NCBI GenBank assembly: GCA_964410425.1
Contig: CAYPGT010000005.1
Location: 13,656 to 60,703, forward strand
Direction of reading: 5' to 3'
DNA: 47,048 nt
DNA from: an uncultured Gammaproteobacteria bacterium
Lineage (GTDB): Bacteria; Cyanobacteriota; Vampirovibrionia; LMEP-6097
This document shows, piece by piece, positions 36,274 to 44,179 of this stretch. Under the pieces are notes generated by a model, which did no database searches, was not told the DNA's origin, and saw nothing but the letters and a program-made list of their open reading frames with translations. How positions within the stretch are numbered: the first letter of the stretch is position 1; every line of letters starts with the position of its first letter. The position numbers and the translations under genes are program-made.

Positions 36274-36783
36274 ATGACAACAATAGCATCAACATCATCT
36301 AGTCCATCATCAGCATCAGCTATGAAAAACGCTGCTGGCGAAACGCTTATCGCTGCTACTGATAAGGATGGTCTTACTAGTCTAAAGATTCTAGCTTCAA
36401 ATTCTAATGAAACAGCTGCCATTGGCAAAACCACAGCAGCAATGATACCAACTCCCACTTCGACATCAAATGATCCAAGTGCAGCTAATAATCAAATAAT
36501 GCAACAGCAGCAACTACAACAAAGCTATATGATGCAAACCATGATGGCACAAGCATTTGGTGGTCTTGCGGGTGCTTTCGGACAAATATTTTCAGGTCTA
36601 ACTAACGCTGGCAACAGCAGCAACAAAGCTAGTATGATGGCATCAAACGATAGATCAAATGGCGGCTGTGGACCAAATGGCTGTCCAAACAAAGATACTT
36701 CACAACAAGCATGGAATGATAATAAAGCAAACCCTCCACGCAATGAAGCTACGAATAGTACTAATAATGATCAAACAGGCTAA
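36274..36783 (+). CDS. Low-complexity S/T/Q/N-rich protein with amphipathic Gly-rich helix
   Basis: SD TAAGGA; poly-Q followed by MMAQAFGGLAGAFGQIFSGL. Confidence 0.7.
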   Translation: MTTIASTSSSPSSASAMKNAAGETLIAATDKDGLTSLKILASNSNETAAIGKTTAAMIPTPTSTSNDPSAANNQIMQQQQLQQSYMMQTMMAQAFGGLAGAFGQIFSGLTNAGNSSNKASMMASNDRSNGGCGPNGCPNKDTSQQAWNDNKANPPRNEATNSTNNDQTG

Positions 36784-36795
36784 GGAGAATATTTT

Positions 36796-37218
36796 ATGGT
36801 ATCAGATCCACTATTAAATTTAAGAAATCTATCAGGTCAAGCAAGAGAAAACTTGGTCAATCTATCAGGAAAAGGTTCACCTCTCATCACAAACTTGGTA
36901 CAAGCGGCAAATCCTTTCTCTAAAGAAGTTCTATTTGGACGTTATAGCCAAGCTCAACAGCCAGATCCCAAAGCTAATCAAGGTCAGTTAGCTGAAGCTG
37001 CAAGTGCAACTGCTTCACAAACACCAACAAAGCAAGGTCTTAACCCAGATCAAGTATATGTTCCTCCAACAAAAGCAACATCGGTATTTAAAGCCAAGGA
37101 AGAAGTAGAAAAAGTAACCGAAGAACCAACTACTGAAAAAATAGATCAACCTACCGTAGTAACTCAGTCAACAATTCCGAAAAGTAATAAACCAAACCTA
37201 GATGTGGAGATTAGCTAA
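36796..37218 (+). CDS. Hypothetical disordered protein
   Basis: SD TAAGGAG; internal repeat NLRNLSG/NLVNLSG; ends PNLDVEIS. Confidence 0.7.
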   Translation: MVSDPLLNLRNLSGQARENLVNLSGKGSPLITNLVQAANPFSKEVLFGRYSQAQQPDPKANQGQLAEAASATASQTPTKQGLNPDQVYVPPTKATSVFKAKEEVEKVTEEPTTEKIDQPTVVTQSTIPKSNKPNLDVEIS

Positions 37219-38244
37219 ATGAATAATGCAATTAAAAGTCATGTTGCATCAAGTATGAGTAATCCTCACCTTGGTCCAGGTATGTTTAGTAATAGACCAC
37301 CAATGATGCCAATAGCACCGGGACCATTAAAGTTTGCACCGTCGGTACCAAGTCTAGGCTCTGCAGGAACCGGTGCTGGAGCAGCATTAAAGAATAGTGG
37401 TAACAAACTTAATGCCAGTACTGATGCACTATTAGATGATATAGATGCCGCTGCCAATGGAGACTACGATGGGGCTACCGACTATATGAAGAAGCTCGAA
37501 GCCGATATCGAGCAAAAGAAGATACAACAACAAAAAGAAGAAAAAGCCATACTTGACAAAGGTATCAAAGAACAAAATGATGCAAAATTAGCTAAAGAAT
37601 ATGAAGAATATCAAAAAACTCAAAAAGAGAATCAAGCAAAAGAAAAATCTCTTAAAGATGAACAGGAAACTCAAAAGCAAAAATTAAAAGATGCAAAAAC
37701 TGAAGAAGAGAGAAGTGCAATACAAGAGCAACAAAAAGCTACACAAAAGAGTCTAGATGACCTTAGAGCAAAACAAGGCAAAGAAGCTCACCAAATGTAC
37801 TATGATTACGATCAAGCTTTAGAGAAAACTAATAAAAACGGTGAAAATGATGCCAAACGCAAAGATCTCTATTACTTACACAAGAGAGGGGAAGATGTTC
37901 AAAAACTAGAACAGGATTTCAACAATACAAAACGTGCTTATTTCGTCGATCCTAAAACTGGAGACTGGAGAACCAAAGCAGAATTTGATGCACTACCAGA
38001 CAGCGATAAAGAAGTCATTAGAACTGGTTACAAGAAAGGACTTATAGAGGATATTAAACCAACACTAGAAAGACTTAAAGGTGCATTTGGTGATGGTAAA
38101 TCCACTGTAGATCAAAGTTCTAGTGATATCTTCAGAAATCAGCAGCAACAATCCTACACTAGATTACAAGGTGATCTCAGAACAACAGCCCCAACAGAGC
38201 GTTATACAATAGGCTCTAATTTGGATTTCAGTAACGTTTCATAA
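37219..38244 (+). CDS. Hypothetical coiled-coil protein with P/M/S-rich N-terminus
   Basis: Abuts the previous stop codon; long E/K/Q heptad region; ends GSNLDFSNVS. Confidence 0.7.
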   Translation: MNNAIKSHVASSMSNPHLGPGMFSNRPPMMPIAPGPLKFAPSVPSLGSAGTGAGAALKNSGNKLNASTDALLDDIDAAANGDYDGATDYMKKLEADIEQKKIQQQKEEKAILDKGIKEQNDAKLAKEYEEYQKTQKENQAKEKSLKDEQETQKQKLKDAKTEEERSAIQEQQKATQKSLDDLRAKQGKEAHQMYYDYDQALEKTNKNGENDAKRKDLYYLHKRGEDVQKLEQDFNNTKRAYFVDPKTGDWRTKAEFDALPDSDKEVIRTGYKKGLIEDIKPTLERLKGAFGDGKSTVDQSSSDIFRNQQQQSYTRLQGDLRTTAPTERYTIGSNLDFSNVS

Positions 38245-39006
38245 CGCACTACCACAAGTCTTACCATTAAGTTTTTGGATAAATATTTTATGCTGTCTAT
38301 CAGTCGTAAGGTAGCCTTCAAATACTTCCTTCTTAATTAGACCACTATCAGAATAGGTTACCAAAAGATTTCTACGCATAGCCTGATCTATCTCCACACC
38401 ATCTCGCGTAGAATAGCAGAGCCAAGGTTTCTCATCCTTACGCACCACGAAAACATAATTATCCATACTCATATCAAGTCCCTGCTCAAATCCATCTGTA
38501 TCCTTAAACACTCTCGTCAAAGGCTCTCCAGAGATATCTATTAAGAGATCATAAGCACGCTCTTTCGGAGCAGGTTCCTTTTCATCTAGATTTTTGGGGC
38601 TAATAGTTTTTTGAGTTTTCTTAGCTTTAAGCTCAGCAAGTTTCTCCTTAGTGATATCGTCTTGGATTGCAGCCTGCTCTTCTAGCGCCTTCGAGAATAA
38701 TTGTTTTTCTATATCTTCAGCCTGTGTTAATGGCAACATTGTGCCATCTTCGTTCACAGGATCAAACGCAGAACCGATCTTCATCTTAATTCCATCAGTA
38801 ACACAGAACGCATAAGCGATAGCAGCTTTAAGATCGTCAGGCTGCAAACCCCTAAAGTTTCGCAATATTTCGGTATTGGATAAACCTTCAGCAAGACTAA
38901 GCAAAATATCAGAAACCAAAACTCTAGTACCTTTAATCCTAGGCTTACCCGAACAAACCTCTGGGTCTATCACTATTCTGGATTCAGCTATTTGTTTTAA
39001 GTTCAC
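38239..39006 (-). CDS. DUF433-domain protein with long C-terminal extension
   Basis: RIVIDPEVCSGKPRIKGTRVLVSDILLSLAEG...DLKAAIAYA is the typical DUF433 pattern. Confidence 0.8.
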   Translation of the reverse strand: MNLKQIAESRIVIDPEVCSGKPRIKGTRVLVSDILLSLAEGLSNTEILRNFRGLQPDDLKAAIAYAFCVTDGIKMKIGSAFDPVNEDGTMLPLTQAEDIEKQLFSKALEEQAAIQDDITKEKLAELKAKKTQKTISPKNLDEKEPAPKERAYDLLIDISGEPLTRVFKDTDGFEQGLDMSMDNYVFVVRKDEKPWLCYSTRDGVEIDQAMRRNLLVTYSDSGLIKKEVFEGYLTTDRQHKIFIQKLNGKTCGSAL

Positions 39007-39168
39007 AAGTCAAATCAATAGCAAATGCTACCTAAATAGTAGTATTCCACAGAAGCACCTCACTTTACTCGTTTCCGCTTCCAACTTAAAATAAACTCCC
39101 GTTCTAACGGCACAAAAATTATGCTAATCGACGTATTTTTATTTCTGAACTATAATGATTCTCGTATT

Positions 39169-39762
39169 ATGGAACTACTAGCTAAATATTCTCACTTACC
39201 TTTTTATGTACTTGCGACCATCACCGTCGTCTGTTCTTTAGGAATGATATTCTTACCTAATCTTATTAGGGCTGGGTTTTTATTAATAGGCGCCTTTTGT
39301 GCCATCGCAGGATTGTATTTTGTGTTAGCTGCTAATTTTGTTGCTATTTCACAAGTGCTTATTTATGCCGTTGGTATAGTCTTAGTAATAATTTTTGCTG
39401 TGATGCTTTGTAATCTTAAGGAACAAGCTGCTGACGTTGTTAAAGAAGAAGTTATAGATCCATTAGATATAGGTTTACGCAAACTCTCAGCCCTAGTAGT
39501 TTGCTCAGCTTTATTTGCGTTGCTAGTTTACGTTATCAACTCTCAAGACTGGGCGTCAATTGCTCAGCTTAGTGGTGCTGAAGCACATTTCAATATTATC
39601 TCTGAAGTATCTAATCAATATACAGCTCGTATCGGACAGTTAATGTTGACTCGCTACGTATTACCGTTCGAATTGATTTCAATACTTTTACTAGTGGTTT
39701 TAGTGGGAGTAGTGATTCTATCTAAAAAGCACTTAGACACAGAAGTTAAACAAGGGACTTAA
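39169..39762 (+). CDS. ndhG: NAD(P)H-quinone oxidoreductase subunit 6/J
   Basis: Multi-TM; A.FVAISQVLIYAVGI.LVIIFAVML, YVLPFELISILLL; start placed at MELLA (39169). Confidence 0.9.
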   Translation: MELLAKYSHLPFYVLATITVVCSLGMIFLPNLIRAGFLLIGAFCAIAGLYFVLAANFVAISQVLIYAVGIVLVIIFAVMLCNLKEQAADVVKEEVIDPLDIGLRKLSALVVCSALFALLVYVINSQDWASIAQLSGAEAHFNIISEVSNQYTARIGQLMLTRYVLPFELISILLLVVLVGVVILSKKHLDTEVKQGT

Positions 39763-39768
39763 TATATT

Positions 39769-40080
39769 ATGGAAATAACACTTAATCATTATCTAATACT
39801 TTCAGCTCTACTATTTTGTATTGGTCTCTATGGGCTAATTACCAGAAATAATGCTTTCCGTGTGCTAATGAGCATTGAGGTTATACTTAACGCTGTTAAC
39901 ATTAATTTCGTAGCTTTTGCACACTATATTGATCCAGTGATGGTTAAAGGACAAGTCTTTAGTTTATTTGTTATGGCTATAGCAGCAGCAGAAGCAGCTA
40001 TAGGACTTGCATTATTACTCCTTATCTATCGCAATCGTGTGAATATCAATATGGATAGTTTTGCGACAATGAAATGGTAA
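39769..40080 (+). CDS. ndhE: NAD(P)H-quinone oxidoreductase subunit 4L/K
   Basis: LFCIGLYGL, VLMSIEVILNAVNIN, KGQVFSLFV.AIAAAEAAIGLA. Confidence 0.93.
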   Translation: MEITLNHYLILSALLFCIGLYGLITRNNAFRVLMSIEVILNAVNINFVAFAHYIDPVMVKGQVFSLFVMAIAAAEAAIGLALLLLIYRNRVNINMDSFATMKW

Positions 40081-40117
40081 AAATACCCACCTTTTAGGTC
40101 TGGGGTATAATTTATTC

Positions 40118-41410
40118 ATGTCTGATATTTTAAAACGTGATGCTGAATACCTTTCTCCTGCTTTAGGCAGAGCTTTTGATCTAGTAGCTGTTCGAGGTGA
40201 AGGTTCGTATTTATATAGTGATGCAGGTCAAAAATACCTAGATCTTACTGCAGGTATTGCTGTTAACCAATTAGGGCATGCTCATCCAGAAATAGTACAA
40301 GCTATCTCTGAGCAAGCAGCTAAATGTATTCATACCAGCTGTGTAGTACATTACCCCGCTAATATTGATCTAGCTGAGAAGCTTGCTGAGATTATGCCTG
40401 GTGACATTAATAATACTTTCTTCTCTAATAGCGGAGCAGAGGGCATCGATGGTTCTATCAAACTAGCGCGTAAGCTCAGACCTGGCAGAGCTAATCTTGT
40501 AGTCTTCAAGGGTGGCTTTCACGGTAGAACTTTAGCTGGCACTTCTCTCACCAGTTCCAAATCCTCTTATAGACGCTATTACGAGCCTCTACTTTCTGGC
40601 ATACATTACTTAGATTTCCCGAATATTTACGATGCTAAGACTGAGAAGGATAGAAACTTTGTGGTTGAGCATAGTATCAGCTGCATGAAAAAATATTTCG
40701 ACCGAGTAATACATCCTGAAACAGTGGCAGCCATGATAGTTGAGCCTGTACAAGGTGAAGGTGGTTATATACCTGCAGCTGGACTTCATGGTGGCAGTAA
40801 TTTCTTACAGTTTTTACGCGACTTCTGCGATGAGCATGGCATCATATTAATATTTGATGAAGTACAGTCAGGCATGGGACGTACTGGTAAGTGGTTTGCA
40901 TCACAATGGTATGACGTAGTACCTGATATCCAAGTTATGGCTAAAGGACTCTCTGGTGGAGTGCCTTTGGGAGCTTTCGCTAGTAATAAGGAAATGATGT
41001 ACGAGATGGCTCCAGGCTCTCATGGCAGTACTTTTGGTGGTAATCCTATCGCTTGTAGAGCTGCGCTGAAACTTATAGAAATCATTGAAAGAGATAAAGT
41101 CATGGACAATGTTCTAGCTCGCTCAGAACAAATATTTAAGTTTTTTGAAGATAGATATCCTAAGTCAGACACACGTAAAGCTTCAGGTGAATTCAATGAC
41201 AAGATTAAAGTCAGAGGTTTAGGTTTAATGGTAGGTCTAGTATTCCCAGATTCTAAGATCGTTGACAAGATTAAGAAACAAGCCTACGAAAAGAATGTTC
41301 TACTATTGGGTTGTGGAACCTACGGCAATATTATTCGCTTAGCTCCAGATCTCATTATTAGCGAAAGCGATCTAGCGAAAGGGCTTGAAGTTATTGCTGA
41401 AGCAATATAG
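40118..41410 (+). CDS. Class III PLP-dependent aminotransferase (GabT/ArgD-like)
   Basis: YLDLTAGIAV..LGH, NSGAE, FHGRT, EPVQGEGG, DEVQSGMGRTG, AKGL, HGSTFGGNP. Confidence 0.92.
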   Translation: MSDILKRDAEYLSPALGRAFDLVAVRGEGSYLYSDAGQKYLDLTAGIAVNQLGHAHPEIVQAISEQAAKCIHTSCVVHYPANIDLAEKLAEIMPGDINNTFFSNSGAEGIDGSIKLARKLRPGRANLVVFKGGFHGRTLAGTSLTSSKSSYRRYYEPLLSGIHYLDFPNIYDAKTEKDRNFVVEHSISCMKKYFDRVIHPETVAAMIVEPVQGEGGYIPAAGLHGGSNFLQFLRDFCDEHGIILIFDEVQSGMGRTGKWFASQWYDVVPDIQVMAKGLSGGVPLGAFASNKEMMYEMAPGSHGSTFGGNPIACRAALKLIEIIERDKVMDNVLARSEQIFKFFEDRYPKSDTRKASGEFNDKIKVRGLGLMVGLVFPDSKIVDKIKKQAYEKNVLLLGCGTYGNIIRLAPDLIISESDLAKGLEVIAEAI

Positions 41411-41459
41411 CCTGTATGTATACTTCTACATAAAATCCCATAAGTTATGATATTAAATT

Positions 41460-41655
41460 ATGGGGGGAATTACTATTAGAATTTGGCAAATCACTATTTG
41501 CATTAGCAAATATGGTGTTTACACTAGTATTTTTGAAATCATTTTGGGATTATAACGATACAAGGGGCTTAATTATTGGTATAGTTGTATGGATTAGCTC
41601 GTATGCAATTGGATCAACGTGTATATGTTTATCAAATAGGGAGTTAAAGAAATGA
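41460..41655 (+). pseudogene. Small two-TM membrane protein (cassette gene A, copy 1), frameshifted in a G6 tract
   Basis: Removing one G from 41462-41467 gives MGELLLEFGKSLFALANMVFTLVFLKSFWDYND...ELKK (64 aa), an ungapped match of 27/64 to ORF 45760-45957; TATGAT lies 8 nt before the ATG. Confidence 0.7.
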
Positions 41656-41810
41656 CAGATTTTCAAATTGGAATTATCATTGCAGGAGCAGGAATCTTTT
41701 TTGGTTCCATATTTATTCTAAGCATTGCATTTATTATTGATAGAAAGTTAAATGAACACGCAACTAAAAGACAAACTAGCGGAACTTGCAGATATGCAGA
41801 TTATTGTTGA
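41652..41810 (+). CDS. Small single-TM peptide (cassette gene B, copy 1)
   Basis: MTDFQIGIIIAGAGIFFGSIFILSIAFIIDRKLNEHATK...(52 aa); ATGA overlap with gene A; runs across the ALDH start. Confidence 0.6.
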   Translation: MTDFQIGIIIAGAGIFFGSIFILSIAFIIDRKLNEHATKRQTSGTCRYADYC

Positions 41811-43263
41811 TGGCAAGATCATCAACCGCAATCCTGCACGTATCTCTGAGATAGTCTCGGAACACCGCATTAACACGGAAGAAGAGCTAGATGCCATGCT
41901 ACGTAAGTCAGCTCTGGCGTTTGAGTCATGGTCACAAGTACCAGCTCCTAAACGTGCTGAATATTTATTTAAAGCTCGTAACATCTATGCAGCGCGTAAG
42001 GAAGAACTTGCTTTAACATTACATAGAGAGAACGGCAAGCCTCTTGAAGAAGCTCGTGGAGAGATTCAAGAGATAGTTGATGTTTTTGATTTCTTTATAG
42101 GAGAAGGTAGACGTATCTATGGCATGACTGGTCAATCAGAGATGGCTAATAAATCTATCATCACTATCAGACAGCCTATCGGACCTGCAGCATTTATCAC
42201 TGCATGGAATTTTCCTGCAGCAGTGCCGTCGTGGAAAGCTGCTCCAGCATTGATAGCTGGTAATACTTTTATTCTTAAACCCTCAGAGCTAGCTCCGCTC
42301 TCTGGTAAATTATTCGTAGATATTCTTAACGAAGCGGGCTTGCCTAGTGGAGTAGCGCAGTTAGCTTTTGGTGCGGGTGACGTTGGGGAATACTTAGTAT
42401 CTAGCCCTTACACCAAGATAGTCAGTGTCACGGGTTCAGTAGCAGTAGGTCGTCAAGTAGCGACCATGGCAGCAGATAAATTCAAGAAATGTGCTCTAGA
42501 ATTGGGCGGTAAGAATAGCACTATAGTTCTAGCTGACGCTAATTTAGACCTGGCAGAGGAAGGTATACTCTGGGGTGCCTATGGCACTGGTGGACAGAGA
42601 TGTACTAGTACTAGTAGATTAATTATCGACAAGACTGTTAGCAATGAATTAGTAACTAGACTTAAGAACAAAGCTGCTAAATTTTATGACAAAACTAAGC
42701 ATCAAGCAGCATCTAACTATTCACCGATCATTAGCTTAAGACAACTTAAACGTATTCACCGAATGGTAGAAGAAGCTATAGCTGAAGGTGCCGAACTAAT
42801 CTGCGGTGGTGAAGTTCTAGATGATGGATCACATTCAGGTTACTATTACGCTCCGACTATTCTTAAAGCGAAGCATGGGATTAAGATCACTAAAGAAGAG
42901 GTCTTTGGACCAGTACTCTCCGTGATAGAAATAGAGCCTCAATCTAAATCTAGAGCTGCAGAAGACGTACTGAATGATGCTCTCATCATCGCCAATGATG
43001 TTGAATATGGATTATCGAATGCAATCTATACTATGAATATTAATCTAGGCATGAAAGCCGTTCACAAGCTAGAATCTGGGCTAGTCTATCTTAATGCACC
43101 AACTATTGGTGCTGAATGCGGCGGTGCTAGTTTATTTGGTGGTTGGAAACATACGGGTAATGGTTCTAGAGAGTCAGGTGTCTCAGCACTAGACAGTTAC
43201 ACACAGTACAAAACTATTTCTATAGATTACTCAGGAAAGTTACAGAGAGCCCAGATAGATTAG
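41752..43263 (+). CDS. Aldehyde dehydrogenase family protein
   Basis: ITAWNFP, LKPSE, TGSVAVG, LELGGKN, GQRCTS, EEVFGPVL, FGGWKHTGNG. Confidence 0.95.
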   Translation: MNTQLKDKLAELADMQIIVDGKIINRNPARISEIVSEHRINTEEELDAMLRKSALAFESWSQVPAPKRAEYLFKARNIYAARKEELALTLHRENGKPLEEARGEIQEIVDVFDFFIGEGRRIYGMTGQSEMANKSIITIRQPIGPAAFITAWNFPAAVPSWKAAPALIAGNTFILKPSELAPLSGKLFVDILNEAGLPSGVAQLAFGAGDVGEYLVSSPYTKIVSVTGSVAVGRQVATMAADKFKKCALELGGKNSTIVLADANLDLAEEGILWGAYGTGGQRCTSTSRLIIDKTVSNELVTRLKNKAAKFYDKTKHQAASNYSPIISLRQLKRIHRMVEEAIAEGAELICGGEVLDDGSHSGYYYAPTILKAKHGIKITKEEVFGPVLSVIEIEPQSKSRAAEDVLNDALIIANDVEYGLSNAIYTMNINLGMKAVHKLESGLVYLNAPTIGAECGGASLFGGWKHTGNGSRESGVSALDSYTQYKTISIDYSGKLQRAQID

Positions 43264-43294
43264 GCGAAGTACCATCACAAGTAATTAACTACTT

Positions 43295-44041
43295 TTAAGC
43301 AGTTAGGTCAACCTTATGAGAAACAGCCTTCCTATCCGATCTTTGTGATAATACAGTAAGTATTCCATCTAAATCTTTTTTGATCTCCTTAAAATCACTA
43401 ACAACACCAAGAAAATCTAAATTAGGGAATTTAATTGGATTAAATTTAACAGATTTAGTAATCCAATCTTGTGAACTATGTTTATCCACTAATTTATTTA
43501 ACTCAGCACCAGTAGCATCACCAGGCAATTTACCAAACTGACGTTTAATAGCCTCTTCTTGATGCTCACGATCACTCACTAAACCAGAAATTGACGTAAA
43601 ACCTGGATACAAAGCAGCCCACTGTTGAAGCTCAGATTTAGTCATTGACGATGCTTCAGAGCGTAAAGAATCAGCTATCATATCCGCCATACTAGCCTGA
43701 TATTCTGGAGTAATCTCTGGCTCCCCATTTGCATTAAGAGGAGCTGTAGCTTCTAAAATACTTTGCATTGCAGCAGTTGAGCTAACAGAAAGTAATAGTT
43801 CTTGCCTAATAAGATCTCGTTTAAGTTTTGCTTGCTCTTGATCAAAAGCATCCTTCTCTTGGTAAAATTCTTCTAAAAGTTTAAGCGTTAATCTCCTTAC
43901 AGATTCAGGATCTTTCAACTCACCCTTTGCCGCTAGTTGTTGAACACGATCTTTAACTGATAGAAAGAATCTATTAGAATCTTCCCGACTAGTATCATTT
44001 ACGCTCGTACTCAAAGCACGATCTATATGCATATAATCCAT
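43295..44041 (-). CDS. Hypothetical protein
   Basis: 248-aa ORF; GGTGAG upstream; ends HKVDLTA. Confidence 0.7.
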   Translation of the reverse strand: MDYMHIDRALSTSVNDTSREDSNRFFLSVKDRVQQLAAKGELKDPESVRRLTLKLLEEFYQEKDAFDQEQAKLKRDLIRQELLLSVSSTAAMQSILEATAPLNANGEPEITPEYQASMADMIADSLRSEASSMTKSELQQWAALYPGFTSISGLVSDREHQEEAIKRQFGKLPGDATGAELNKLVDKHSSQDWITKSVKFNPIKFPNLDFLGVVSDFKEIKKDLDGILTVLSQRSDRKAVSHKVDLTA

Positions 44042-44179
44042 TTCTCACCGTCCCTGGATTTGACTCGATAGTCTGAAACCCTCTTATCCCTTAATAAACA
44101 TACAAATTCACTTTCTTGATATTATTGACAAGCGGAAGATTAAATTAGCTTAATTTATACAGCATGCTAAAATCTCATT

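Noticed and set aside
41460-41546. 28-codon ORF read from ATG 41460 without a frameshift
   Set aside because: No similarity to anything in the window, whereas the shifted frame matches 45760-45957 without gaps.
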